The notes: generated by a model from the sequence alone, not told the origin. Numbered from the stretch's first letter, positions 48,379 through 60,280 are shown. The stretch: 64,000 nucleotides of DNA from Nitrospirota bacterium (GCA_963749655.1 CAVVOB010000018.1:96001-160000), one strand, 5' to 3'. A program made the numbers and translations.

Positions 48379-49944
48379 TCAGATTTTATCCTGATCCGAT
48401 TTCGGCAGCGTGATCGTAAACTTCGTCCCCCTGCCTTCTTCGCTTTCGACCTCGATCTTGCCGTGGTGCTTCTGGACGATGTTGAACACGATGGCGAGGC
48501 CGAGCCCCGTGCCCCTGTTCTTGGTCGTATAGAACGGCTCGAACACCTTGTCCAGGGTCTCGCGAGACATGCCCGCGCCGGTATCGGCCACGGTGATCCG
48601 CACCTGGTGGTCCTCTTCCAGGGCGATGACGCTCAGGTCGCCCTTCCCGGGGATGGCATCCACGGCGTTCGTAAAAAGGTTGATGAACACCTGCTCCAGC
48701 TGTTCCTGGTCTGCGGAGAAGACGATCTCTTCAGGACGAAGCTCTACGAGGAACCGGACGCGGCCGGTGTCCACTTGGTCGCCGAGGTGCTTGTACACGC
48801 CGGCCACGAGGCTGCGCAGTTCCACCGGCCTCAGGTGCGGCTCCCGTCCCCGGGCAAACTCGAGAAGGTCGCCGACGATCCGTTTGACCCGGATGGCCTG
48901 GCCCAGGATGTCGTCCAGCCCTTTTATGATGAAAGGCGGAGCGTCGCCGCCGGTCTTCTTCGTCATCCGCTGGGCGGTGGTGTAGATATTGTTCAGCGGG
49001 TTGTTGAGCTCGTGCGCGACGCCCGCGGCGAGCGTCCCGATCGCCGCAAGCTTTTTGCTCTGGAGCAGCTCCTTCTCCCGCTGGACCAAGTGTTCTTCCA
49101 TGATGTTGAACTTCCGGATCAGCGTTTCCACTTCGTCGTGGCCGGCCCAGGCCCCCGGAAAGACCGGGATGGTGGAGAACGTGCCCTCCCCGGTCCGCTC
49201 CACGACGTCGGTCAGGCGCTGCAGGCGCCGCACGACGTTGCCGATGATGAAAAGAAACGTTCCGAAGCCGACGATCAGAAAGAGCGGGAAGAAGATGAGA
49301 ATGGCGTTCCGGGACCGGTGATTGAAGCTGTCGACCTTTTCCCGCGCCGTCCTGTCGAGCTCCTTGGACACAACCAGAATGTTCTCGCCCGTTTTCCTGA
49401 GCGAGGTTATTTCCGATTCGAGCCGCGTCAGCGACACGATGAACGGATGGTTCGCTCCAAGCGCAAAATTGTCCTGGAGATACTTCACATCCTCAAGAGG
49501 TTTGTCGAGAAAATTCGCCTCGACCAGCCGGCTGACCTTTTGATAGGCCGGCGACCGCTTCGTGAGTTTTTCCGATTCCTGTGATACGGCGTGGACGAGT
49601 TCCTCGATGGCATTGAACTGCACGCGATACTCCCGGATAAGCTGCTGCATCGCCGTGGTCCGGTTCGATGTCCTGAGCTGCGCGTCCGCCAGGGTGTTGT
49701 CCAGATCGTCGAGGTAGACGAAGATCGACTTCGTTTCCCCGCCCCCTTCCTGGGGGGCGTAGAGAAAGTAGTTCTTTTCGTGCCGCCTGAGCTGGAGGGA
49801 TTTGCTCCTGATCGTATCGGTCAGTTCGAGGAAGACGGTCTCGTTCCGTATCTCGACGAAATTGAGATACAGGAAGACCGAGAGCAGCCCGATGATGCTC
49901 GCGCTCAGAACGAAGCTGAGGATGATTTTTTTCTGTAACGACAT
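48379..49944 (-). CDS. Sensor histidine kinase
   Basis: 'LQLRRHEKNYFLY', 'AHELNNPL', 'NLFTNAVDA', 'GTGLGL'; paralog of 55130-56704. Confidence 0.94.
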   Translation of the reverse strand: MSLQKKIILSFVLSASIIGLLSVFLYLNFVEIRNETVFLELTDTIRSKSLQLRRHEKNYFLYAPQEGGGETKSIFVYLDDLDNTLADAQLRTSNRTTAMQQLIREYRVQFNAIEELVHAVSQESEKLTKRSPAYQKVSRLVEANFLDKPLEDVKYLQDNFALGANHPFIVSLTRLESEITSLRKTGENILVVSKELDRTAREKVDSFNHRSRNAILIFFPLFLIVGFGTFLFIIGNVVRRLQRLTDVVERTGEGTFSTIPVFPGAWAGHDEVETLIRKFNIMEEHLVQREKELLQSKKLAAIGTLAAGVAHELNNPLNNIYTTAQRMTKKTGGDAPPFIIKGLDDILGQAIRVKRIVGDLLEFARGREPHLRPVELRSLVAGVYKHLGDQVDTGRVRFLVELRPEEIVFSADQEQLEQVFINLFTNAVDAIPGKGDLSVIALEEDHQVRITVADTGAGMSRETLDKVFEPFYTTKNRGTGLGLAIVFNIVQKHHGKIEVESEEGRGTKFTITLPKSDQDKI

Positions 49945-49995
49945 GGCCGGACCCGCTCACTCACTGTATCACAGTCCAACCTTGCCGCGCAACCG

Positions 49996-50040
49996 AAAAT
50001 AAAAACGGCTGAAAGCGCAGCAGCGGCGCCTTCAGCCGTT
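49996..50040 (-). terminator. Intrinsic terminator after USP
   Basis: AACGGCTGAAGGCGC...GCGCTTTCAGCCGTT followed by TTTATTTT. Confidence 0.75.
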
Positions 50041-50057
50041 CGTCGGACAATGAATAC

Positions 50058-50913
50058 TCAGGTTTTCACCACCAGAACAGGGCAGGGTGCGTAGCCGATG
50101 ACCCTCTCCGCAACACTGCCCATGAGCAGTCTGCGAAGCCCTGTCCGGCCGTGCGAGCCGATCACGATCAGGTCCGCATTCTGGTCTTTCGCAAGGGTGA
50201 TGACGGCCTCGTGGGCTTCGGCCTCTCCGACAAAGGTCTCAGCCTCAACACCGGCCGACGCGGCCTTCGTCTTCACTTCGGCCACATATTCCCTGGCTTT
50301 GCGCACAAGATCTTCCACCGCCTGAGGGGCCTCGGCATAGAACTCGGGCGGCACATCCGCCGCGGAAAGGACTTTCAGCGCGCCGCCATAGGATTGTGCA
50401 AAGGCAATGGCGCGATCCGCAGCCGCAGCGCTGTACCGCGAGCCGTCCGTCGCGACCACGATCGTTTTCCACCCCAGCGAGGTGCCTTCGGGAACGACCA
50501 GCACATCGCGCTGGGAATGGCCGATGACGCGGGCAGCCACACTGCCCACCAGCGATCGCTCGATGAACCGCTGGCCGCGCCTTCCCATGACCGTCACGTC
50601 GCAGTTCTCCGCATCGGCCAGGTCGACGATGCGCATATAGATCTCGCCTTCGATGCAGACCGTCTTGACGAGCATCCGTTCGGCGTCAGCGGCCTTTTGC
50701 GCGGCGGCGAGGGCGTCCTCGCAGGGCTTCCTGAGCGCCGCGCGGATGTCCTTGATCCCCACGGTCTCGATCTCGCCGTCATAGGCCGGCACAACCGACG
50801 TGACTGTTATCCAGCATTTTTCCTGGTTCGCCAGCCTGAACGCCTGGTGAAGGGCGTTCAGGCTGGATTCCGAACCGTCAACAGCAACAAGGGATCTTTT
50901 TATACTTTCCCAT
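50058..50913 (-). CDS. Universal stress protein (tandem domains); frameshift near 50892
   Basis: True start MGKYKKI at 50913, continuing 'LVAVDGSES' after a 1-nt shift in a GGG run; two USP domains. Confidence 0.88.
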
Positions 50914-51982
50914 GCTCCAGGGCTCCGGAGGCCTGCTGCAGTCTCTCGGCCTGGCGTCCCTGCCACATGGCACGAAGAACGATGAAAGCACCGAGCAGCA
51001 ATGCGAAGATCATTATAGCAAAGCTGCCGTTTTTCAGCAACGTGACCGTCGTGTCGCCCATTTTGTCGATGAGGCCGAGCTGGGCAAGATACACGGGGAC
51101 CATGAGGCCGCGGCTGAAGAGCACGATCACCATGATCACGCCCATTACGACCTTGATCATGAAGGGCTTTACATAGGTCGTCCCGATGGCGCCGAGCTGG
51201 ATGCCGAACAGCGATCCTCCGAGGATGATCATGGCCAGCCGGATGTCGACCATTCCGTGCATCGCGTACTTGAACGATCCGCCGAGGCCCATCACGAAGG
51301 CAATCACCAGCTCCGTGGCGGAAGCCATGAGGCTCGGCGCGCCGAGCACGTAGATCATGGCGGGAACGCCGACGAAACCGCCCACTGCAATCGTGGCCGC
51401 CATCATGCCCGTTGCAAAACCAAGGGGGATGGTGAAGAGGATGGAAACGCGGGCATTGATGCTTTTGAAATAGACCATGGTTCCGGGGATATTGATGGAC
51501 TGGACCCATTTCGCCAGCTTGCCGGTCTTTTCCTCTGCCTGGGAATTTCCGGACCGGTAGGTTTTCCAGGCATCATAGAGGACGAAGCCGCCGACTGTGG
51601 CGAGAATCACCACGAAGGCCACGCTGACGTAGAGGTTCGAACCCGCATCGCCGAAAGCAGCTTTGATCCGCTCCTGGATCGTAGCGCCGTAGAGGACGCC
51701 CGCTTCGGCCGAGACGCCGAGGATCACGCCCAGCTTGACGTCGACCTGACCGTACTTGAAACGCTTCATCGCGCCTACGAGCGCCTTGGGGAACTTGTGG
51801 CACATATTGCTTGCCACGGCCATGAGACCGGGGACGCCCAGGCTCATCATGCCCGGCGTAAGAACGAATGCGCCGCCTGAGCCGATGAATCCGCTGACGA
51901 GACCGCCGACAAAACCAACTCCAAAAAGGTACAGCACCGTGATGGCATCGAGATTGATGAAACCCGTCGCAATATCGTGCAT
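50900..51982 (-). CDS. TSUP (TauE/SafE) family transporter
   Basis: 'GFIGSGGAFVLTPG', 'AVGGFVGVPAMIY'; multi-TM. Confidence 0.9.
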   Translation of the reverse strand: MHDIATGFINLDAITVLYLFGVGFVGGLVSGFIGSGGAFVLTPGMMSLGVPGLMAVASNMCHKFPKALVGAMKRFKYGQVDVKLGVILGVSAEAGVLYGATIQERIKAAFGDAGSNLYVSVAFVVILATVGGFVLYDAWKTYRSGNSQAEEKTGKLAKWVQSINIPGTMVYFKSINARVSILFTIPLGFATGMMAATIAVGGFVGVPAMIYVLGAPSLMASATELVIAFVMGLGGSFKYAMHGMVDIRLAMIILGGSLFGIQLGAIGTTYVKPFMIKVVMGVIMVIVLFSRGLMVPVYLAQLGLIDKMGDTTVTLLKNGSFAIMIFALLLGAFIVLRAMWQGRQAERLQQASGALEHGKV

Positions 51983-51983
51983 G

Positions 51984-52235
51984 TTATTTTACCTCCGTTT
52001 TCTTTTTCGAAGCCTCGACGCCGAGCACGGTCCAGAAATGACCGGTGAATGATCCATGAAAAAATGAAAAAACAAATGCCGTTATGATCGGCAGGAATGC
52101 AAACCATCCTCCCTTTGCAAAACTGCCGTTCACCATGTCCTGGTTGGACATGAGGTACACGTACAGGCCGACTGAGATGATTCCCATTGCCACCATTTTC
52201 CCTACGGGCTTCTTCTTGGTGATGCTTTGTGCCAT
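51984..52235 (-). CDS. Small 2-TM membrane protein (TSUP-associated)
   Basis: 83 aa, 'PI.TAFVFSFFHGSFTG.FW.VLG'; SD AAGGAGG; coupled to the TSUP gene. Confidence 0.75.
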   Translation of the reverse strand: MAQSITKKKPVGKMVAMGIISVGLYVYLMSNQDMVNGSFAKGGWFAFLPIITAFVFSFFHGSFTGHFWTVLGVEASKKKTEVK

Positions 52236-52409
52236 TTGATTCCTCCTTGAAAATGAAATATGGTTCTCCTGTTCACGATCAACCGGTTGGGAACCGGTGA
52301 CGCTTATGAGTGCTGCAGTCCGTCATCGATCCCGCATTGTGCCTGCGCGGCTCGAAGGCAGAAGGAACCGGCGTGCATGCTGAAGGTAACGCCGGATGCT
52401 GCCTGCTGC

Positions 52410-53015
52410 TTACGCTGCACAGCAGGCCTGCCGGGTCATGGTAACGATCGGCCGGGAAGCGGTGCGGACGAGCGAATTCAGCTCCTTGGCGGAAACATAG
52501 CCGTCGCTCGTCACCGCCGGGCTGAGCACGACCTTGTCGATGCCCGTATGGGTCTTGAGGAACGTCTTGATCCCCGCAACGGCGTCGAGCTTCGAGTCCT
52601 CGACCTTTACGTCGATCCCTTCTTTTCTGCACAGGGTCGTAAGATCTGCCAGCTTTTCTTCGAAGCTCTTGCGGAGATCAGTGGAACTCTGCCCCACAAT
52701 ACCGCGCGCGGTGTCGAACTCCCCTTCCTCGGCATAGGCCGCGGCGGTCAGGATGTTCTCGACCGCGTTGACCTCGAAGTTCTCGCGCACTGCGCCCTGC
52801 ATCATGATCTCCCGCGCCGTGTCCTGCTCTCCCTCTTCGGCAAAAGACGCTGCGGCCATCATATTGCCGAGCCTGTTGATGACACTGCCCTTCTTCTGGA
52901 CCAGCAAAAGCGTGATGTCTTCGTACATGGCTTTTGCCAGCTCGATGGCATAGGCGCCGCCCTCTTCGATGTTCTCGTCCCGGTAGGTGACGAATAGAAG
53001 TTGTCTTTTTCCCAT
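52410..53015 (-). CDS. Degenerate USP-like protein with a duplicated (F/Y)AEEGExDTAR motif
   Basis: Paralog of 46147-46623 with an internal duplication; SD AAGGAGG. Confidence 0.75.
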   Translation of the reverse strand: MGKRQLLFVTYRDENIEEGGAYAIELAKAMYEDITLLLVQKKGSVINRLGNMMAAASFAEEGEQDTAREIMMQGAVRENFEVNAVENILTAAAYAEEGEFDTARGIVGQSSTDLRKSFEEKLADLTTLCRKEGIDVKVEDSKLDAVAGIKTFLKTHTGIDKVVLSPAVTSDGYVSAKELNSLVRTASRPIVTMTRQACCAA

Positions 53016-53075
53016 GGTAGTATCCTCCTTACGGTTAATTTGTCTGCGCTCTACAGCGTTTTCACTTATGTATAT

Positions 53076-53302
53076 TGCACCACACGTGCCAAAACCTAAT
53101 TGATTGTTTTTGCGCGATAAAATAGAAATACGGATAAAGTCTATCGTTTCATATTTAAACGGTGCTGAACGGTGGTGACAGCGGAGTCAAGGGATGGATA
53201 TGTATTCTTTCCTTATAATAGGGGCTAAAAACGATGTTTTGCAGGTGAGCAGGACAGACCGGATGGAGCTCTGAGGGGAAATTATTGTTTCGATTTGGAA
53301 CA
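53076..53302 (-). promoter_or_regulatory. sigma54 promoter with two palindromic enhancer sites
   Basis: TGGCACGTGTGGTGCA (53076-91); partial IHF AATCAA; GTTT-N7-(A/G)AAC at 53145-61 and 53286-302. Confidence 0.8.
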
Positions 53303-53356
53303 CCTGGCTTGAGGGGTCCTTCAGTTCAAGAGGAAAGGTAGCCGAGGACTTCTCTC

Positions 53357-53603
53357 TCGCGCTAAGCCGCCAAGACGCTAAAAAACGATGGAGCCACAGA
53401 TCAACACAGATTGCCACAGATGATTCGCATGAGTCTGCTTCAACTCAGCTTGAGGAAAGAAGAGGGCGCGATGCAGGATGCACAGTATGATGAGGAGTTT
53501 TAGAAGGATGTATAAAAGAATCGTATATCAAATAACGTATTGATTTCACGATGAGCAGTTCAGAAAGACTTACTTTACTTTGCGCCTTTGCGTCTTTGCG
53601 CGA
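53357..53603. repeat. Composite palindromic element
   Basis: TCGCGCTAAGCCGCCAAGACGC arm opposite CTTTGCGCCTTTGCGTCTTTGCGCGA; internal CACAGAT x3. Confidence 0.65.
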
Positions 53604-53629
53604 AACAGTCTTTTTTTATAAAAATTAAT

Positions 53630-54979
53630 CTAGCTCTCCCCTGCATCGCCGTCCTCTTTCAATATTCTCCAGAGGCTGGTGCGGGATATGCCGAGCACTT
53701 CGGAAGCGCGGGTCCGGTTCCCGCCGTACATTTCGAGGACCTTTTCCGCGTACTCCCTGTTCAATTCGTCGATGGTCTTGATCTTGTCGGGCTCGATGGT
53801 CTCGATCTGGAACATCTTGATCGTCTGGGGCAGGCTGTCGGCCGAGATGACCGGCCCCTTTTCAAGAATGATGGCCCGCTCGATGATGTTCTCCAGCTCA
53901 CGGACGTTGCCGGGGAAGCTGTAGTGTTTGAACACGGCCATCGCTTCCTTCGTGAATCCGGTTATCTTCTTGCGCGACTTCGGCAGGTGCTTTTCGAGAA
54001 AATAGGCGGAAAGCGGCTGGATGTCCTCGCGCCGGTCGCGCAGGGGGGCGATGAAGATCTCCATGATGTTCAGGCGGTAGTAGAGGTCTTCGCGGAACCT
54101 GCCCTCGGCAATGACCGCGCGCACGTTTTGGTTGGTCGCAGCGATGAACCGCACGTCGACCTTGATGGGCCGGGTGCCGCCGACGCGGTAGAACTCGCCT
54201 TCCTCAATCACCTTGAGCAGTTTGGCCTGGAGGTTCGGCGTCATTTCCGCGATCTCGTCGAGGAACAGCGTGCCCGTGTCGGCGATCTCCACGAGGCCCT
54301 GCTTGGTCTTGACCGCGCCGGTGAAGGCCCCCTTTTCATGCCCGAAGAGCTCGCTGGCGAGGAGCTCCTCGGTGAGGGTGGCGCAGTTGATGGACAGGAA
54401 CGGCATGGTCTGGCGCCTGCCGGTGTAATGGATGATCTTGGCCAGGAGGCTCTTGCCCACACCGGTCTCGCCCGTGAGGAGCACGTTGCAGTCGGAGTCC
54501 TTCATCCCCTCGATGATGCCGAGGATGTTGAGCATGCTTTCGCTCTTCGCGATGATGGAGACCTTCTTGTCCGAGCTTGCAAAGGCCCTGAGCGCGACGT
54601 TCTCGCGTTTGAGGCTGGCCTGTTCGCTGATTTTTTTCACCTTGTGCAGGAGTTCGTCGAGGTCGAAGGGCTTGGTCACGTAGTCGTTGGCGCCCTTTTT
54701 CATGGCGTCGACGACGGAGCTGATGCTGCCGAACCCGGTGACGATGATCACCTCGGTCTCGATCTGCTTCTCACGGACCATCTCGAGGAGCTCGATCCCC
54801 GTATGGCCCGGCATCTTGATGTCTGCTATCAGCAGGTCGAAATGATCCGACTCGAGCTTGTGCATCGCATCCAGCCCGTTCGGCACGCCGGTGACGAGAT
54901 AGGATTCCTTGCTCAGAGCGTTGACCAGGTGCTTCAAGGTGATCTCTTCGTCTTCTGCTACCAGTATTTTAAATGCCAT
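53630..54979 (-). CDS. sigma54-dependent NtrC-family response regulator
   Basis: 'GETGVGKS', 'GAFTGA', HTH 'GISRTSLW'; close paralog of 46878-48209. Confidence 0.96.
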   Translation of the reverse strand: MAFKILVAEDEEITLKHLVNALSKESYLVTGVPNGLDAMHKLESDHFDLLIADIKMPGHTGIELLEMVREKQIETEVIIVTGFGSISSVVDAMKKGANDYVTKPFDLDELLHKVKKISEQASLKRENVALRAFASSDKKVSIIAKSESMLNILGIIEGMKDSDCNVLLTGETGVGKSLLAKIIHYTGRRQTMPFLSINCATLTEELLASELFGHEKGAFTGAVKTKQGLVEIADTGTLFLDEIAEMTPNLQAKLLKVIEEGEFYRVGGTRPIKVDVRFIAATNQNVRAVIAEGRFREDLYYRLNIMEIFIAPLRDRREDIQPLSAYFLEKHLPKSRKKITGFTKEAMAVFKHYSFPGNVRELENIIERAIILEKGPVISADSLPQTIKMFQIETIEPDKIKTIDELNREYAEKVLEMYGGNRTRASEVLGISRTSLWRILKEDGDAGES

Positions 54980-55026
54980 GAAATTCCCTGTCCGTCAATG
55001 TGGATAAATTCGTAAAAAGGCTTTTC

Positions 55027-55107
55027 ACCGAAGAGAACGCCGGGGTCGCAGAGAAATTTAGTCGGAATCTATAAGGATTTCCTCTGCGTTCTCTGCGCGC
55101 TCTCGGT
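55027..55107. repeat. CGCAGAG/CTCTGCG palindromic element (HK-RR spacer)
   Basis: ACCGAAGAGAACGC..CGCAGAG ... CTCTGCGTTCTCTGCGCGCTCTCGGT. Confidence 0.7.
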
Positions 55108-55129
55108 AAAATTTGCTTTTACGATTTCA

Positions 55130-56704
55130 TCAATGTTGCTTCAGGGGAAGGGCGATCGTGAAAGTCGTACCCCGCCCCTCCTCGCTCTCGGCGACGATTT
55201 CGCCGTTGTGTTTCTTGACGATATTATACACGATCGCGAGTCCCAGGCCGGTTCCCTTGTCCCTGGTCGTAAAAAAAGGTTCGAAGACCTTGTCCAGGTT
55301 GTCCCGCGGGATGCCCTTTCCCGTATCGGCGACGACGACAACGGCCGATTCCTCGGTCTTCCTGATCGTGACTGCAATGCTGCCGGTTCCTTCGACTGCG
55401 TCCGCAGCGTTTGCGAACAGATTGGTGAATACCTGCTCGAGCTGCCCCCGGTCCGCGGGCACAGAGATCTGCGGGGGTATGGAATCGAGGGTGAAGCTGA
55501 TAGTGACCATGTCGCGGGCGCCGGCCAGATGGCGGTAAGAACCCGTGATCAGGTCCGCCAGCTCCACGTCCTGGTACCGGGGCTCCCTGCCGCGGGCGAA
55601 CTCAAGAAGGTCTCCCACAATCCGCTTGACGCGGGCCGTCTGGCCCACGATGTCGGTGACCGCCTCCTTGATCGCCGGCGGGCACTGGTCCCCCGCCTCC
55701 CGCGACAGCACCTGGGCGCTCAGGTAAATGTTGTTCAGGGGGTTGTTCAGCTCATGCGCCACGCCCGAGGCCAGGGTGCCGATGGCGGCGAGCTTCTTTG
55801 CCTGCATCAGCTCCTTGTTCTTGCGCTCGAGCTCGGACTCGTGCGCCGCAAGCTGGTCCTCCATCTCGTTGAACTTTCCGATCAGCACCCCCACCTCGTC
55901 GAGGGCCCCGCTCCGGGGGGGCGGCACTGAAAGCTGCGGATAGGAACCGCTGCCCGTTTTTTCGACGACCCTGATCAGCAGAATGAGCCGTTTAACCACG
56001 CTGGTGCTGATGAAAAAAAGCGTCCCGATGCCCACGGCGAAGAAGAGGGGAAAGAAGATCAGGATGGCGACCTGGGAGACGCGGATCACGGTCTCCACCT
56101 TCTCCCGAGCGACCTTGTCCAGGTCCTTGGAAACGACGACGATGGATTCGCCCGTTTTCCTGAGCGCCGTGATCTCGGAGGACAGTTCCTTGAGCCTTTT
56201 GATCAGGGGGTGCTGCGGAGGCAGGTGAAAGGCCTCCCTGAGTGACGCAGCAGACCGCAGGGGCTGTTCCAGGAACGTCGCCTCCACGAGGGGCAGGTAC
56301 CGGGCGGAACCGCCGAGCGACCTTCTGGTCATTTCGAATTCGTGGATCAGCCGCCTCGACGATGACTCAATTGAGAGAAACAGGCGCTCGTATTCCGAAA
56401 TGCTGTCCCGGAAACTCTGGGTGTCCTGCCGCTCCATGTCCGGGCTGTCGAGGAGCTCCCGGAGCTGATCGATATACTGATGGACTGCGGACGACTCTTC
56501 CTCCGCCTGTTGAGGGCTGTACAGGAAATAGTTCTTCTCGTGCCTGCGGAGCTGGAGTGACTTGCGGCTGATCGTGTCCGTGACCTCGAGATACCGTATC
56601 TGCTGCTTGATCTCGATGAAGTTGATGTACTCGAAGGCCGCGAGAATCGCGATAATAAAGGCGCTGATGAAGAAGCTGAGGGCTATTTTTTTCTTGAGTG
56701 ACAT
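55130..56704 (-). CDS. Sensor histidine kinase
   Basis: 'LQLRRHEKNYFLY', 'AHELNNPL', 'DTGKGI', 'GTGLGL'. Confidence 0.94.
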   Translation of the reverse strand: MSLKKKIALSFFISAFIIAILAAFEYINFIEIKQQIRYLEVTDTISRKSLQLRRHEKNYFLYSPQQAEEESSAVHQYIDQLRELLDSPDMERQDTQSFRDSISEYERLFLSIESSSRRLIHEFEMTRRSLGGSARYLPLVEATFLEQPLRSAASLREAFHLPPQHPLIKRLKELSSEITALRKTGESIVVVSKDLDKVAREKVETVIRVSQVAILIFFPLFFAVGIGTLFFISTSVVKRLILLIRVVEKTGSGSYPQLSVPPPRSGALDEVGVLIGKFNEMEDQLAAHESELERKNKELMQAKKLAAIGTLASGVAHELNNPLNNIYLSAQVLSREAGDQCPPAIKEAVTDIVGQTARVKRIVGDLLEFARGREPRYQDVELADLITGSYRHLAGARDMVTISFTLDSIPPQISVPADRGQLEQVFTNLFANAADAVEGTGSIAVTIRKTEESAVVVVADTGKGIPRDNLDKVFEPFFTTRDKGTGLGLAIVYNIVKKHNGEIVAESEEGRGTTFTIALPLKQH

Positions 56705-56796
56705 GGTCTCCTGGCAAGGACTGTATCATATTCCCCGTGCCCCTGGCAATCTGAAAAAACGGCCGGGCCGGCGCACGCCCGCAGTCAATCTAATTG

Positions 56797-56825
56797 TTGA
56801 ACAAAACAACCGGGTGTTGTACAAT
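56797..56825 (+). promoter_or_regulatory. sigma70 promoter of the divergent HK-RR pair
   Basis: TTGAAC-17-TACAAT. Confidence 0.6.
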
Positions 56826-56915
56826 GCAACACGAACAGAAAAGGACGGACCAGAGGGCTCCGCCCGCGAGGTCGTTTCCTCAATTCCGAGAGGATCCCCG
56901 GAACAAACCGCACCG

Positions 56916-58591
<1,676 letters not shown>

Positions 58592-58686
58592 GAAATGCTT
58601 TTCTTCGTTTATTTTGACTGATATCCCGTTCGTGCAGAGCCGCAGCATGAACGGATACAAAGTATGATTTCATAAGGAGCAGGGAA

Positions 58687-60048
58687 ATGCAGGCCACAGC
58701 TAAAATACTCATTGTCGACGACGAGCGGGTCGCGCTCAGAAACCTCGAATACGTCACGAAAAAAGCGGGCTACGACGTGACCGGAACGCAGAGCGGATCG
58801 AACGCGCTGAGACTGCTGCAGGAAAACAGCTACGACGTCGTTCTCACGGATCTGCGCATGGAAAAAGTCGACGGCATGCAGATCCTGAAGAAGACCCGCG
58901 AGCTCCACCCGGACGCCGAGGTCATCATGATTACCGGATACGCGACGCTCGACTCCGCCGTCGAAACCATGAAGCACGGGGCGTTCTACTACATCGCCAA
59001 GCCCTATAAGCTGGAGGAAGTGCGCAAGGTGGTCAAGGAAGCTGCCGACAAGGTCCGTCTCAAGGTCGAGAACCGGCAGCTGCGCGACCAGCTGGAAAGC
59101 TACCAGGGAAAGATCAATATCCTGACCGAGGACATCGGCATGCAGAAGCTCCTCGAGACCGCGCGCCAGATAGCGCTCACGGACTGCAATGTGCTCATCT
59201 CGGCCGAGCGCGGCACCGGCAAGGAGCTCCTTGCGCGGTACATTCACCTGAACAGCACCCGCGCCGAGGGCGCGTTCTCCACGCTCAGCTGCGGTGCTTT
59301 GACGGAGGAGCTGCTTTCCTACGAGCTCTTTGGACACGAAAAGGGAGCGTTCAAGGGCGCGGCTTCCGTGAAAAAAGGGGTCGTAGAGGCGACGTCGGGA
59401 GGCACGCTGTTCCTTGACGAGATCACCGAGCTGCCGCCGTCGATCCAGGTGAAGCTCCTTCATGTGATCCAGGAAAAGGAAAGCATTCGTTACGGGGGCA
59501 CGGAACCGATCCCCGTCGACGTGCGGTTTGTGGCCGCTACGGACCGGGACATCAACGCCTCGATCCAGAACGGCTCGTTCCGCCAGGACCTCTACTTCCG
59601 GCTGAACGTTGTCTCGCTCCGCATCCCGCCGCTCGTGGACCGCAAGGACGACATCCCCCTGCTGTCGTTCCATTTCCTGAAGAAATATGCCGCCCTTATG
59701 AAAAAAGGAGTGACCGAGATTTCTCCGGACGTGCTCAGCCTGCTCCTCAACTATGACTTCCCGGGAAACGTGCGGGAGCTCGAAAACGTCATCGAACGCG
59801 GCGTTGCACTTGCGAACGACAGGATGATCGAGGCGGCCCACCTGCCGGAGCATCTTCGGGAGCTCAGCATCAAGACGTTCAGGAAAAAGGAGGGCAAAAT
59901 CCCCTCTCTGGACGACCAGGAAATGGTCTACATCAAGTGGGTGCTGAACGAAGTCGGAGGCAACAAAACCCTTGCCTCGCAGATCCTCGGCATCGACCGC
60001 GTCTCGCTCTGGAGAAAACTGAAAAAGTACGGCCTGGAGAGCGACTGA
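58687..60048 (+). CDS. NtrC-family response regulator with degenerate sigma54-interaction loop
   Basis: Receiver, AAA+ and HTH, but 'SAERGTGKE' and 'GAFKGA'. Confidence 0.92.
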   Translation: MQATAKILIVDDERVALRNLEYVTKKAGYDVTGTQSGSNALRLLQENSYDVVLTDLRMEKVDGMQILKKTRELHPDAEVIMITGYATLDSAVETMKHGAFYYIAKPYKLEEVRKVVKEAADKVRLKVENRQLRDQLESYQGKINILTEDIGMQKLLETARQIALTDCNVLISAERGTGKELLARYIHLNSTRAEGAFSTLSCGALTEELLSYELFGHEKGAFKGAASVKKGVVEATSGGTLFLDEITELPPSIQVKLLHVIQEKESIRYGGTEPIPVDVRFVAATDRDINASIQNGSFRQDLYFRLNVVSLRIPPLVDRKDDIPLLSFHFLKKYAALMKKGVTEISPDVLSLLLNYDFPGNVRELENVIERGVALANDRMIEAAHLPEHLRELSIKTFRKKEGKIPSLDDQEMVYIKWVLNEVGGNKTLASQILGIDRVSLWRKLKKYGLESD

Positions 60049-60071
60049 CTGATGCGGGCCGGTCTCATGCC

Positions 60072-60254
60072 ATGAATATTTCCAAAACAGCATTGATCAT
60101 AGGCCTCGTCATCGTCGCCCTGCTGTCGCTCAAGGTGCTCAAGCAGTTCATCAAGCTGGCCTTTACACTCCTGTCTCTGAAAATCGTATGGCTGGGGCTG
60201 ATCGTCCTTTTTCTCCTTGTGTGGGCAAAAAAATTCACGCAGCCGCCTTCATAG
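60072..60254 (+). CDS. Small hydrophobic membrane protein (60 aa)
   Basis: ATG at 60072; two hydrophobic segments flanked by Lys. Confidence 0.55.
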   Translation: MNISKTALIIGLVIVALLSLKVLKQFIKLAFTLLSLKIVWLGLIVLFLLVWAKKFTQPPS

Positions 60255-60280
60255 ACAGACAATCACTGCAAAAGACTGTT

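Noticed and set aside
50058-51509. 483-aa ORF suggesting a novel USP fusion
   Set aside because: Its N-terminal part is an alternate frame of the TSUP gene; the real USP starts at 50913 with a 1-nt indel.
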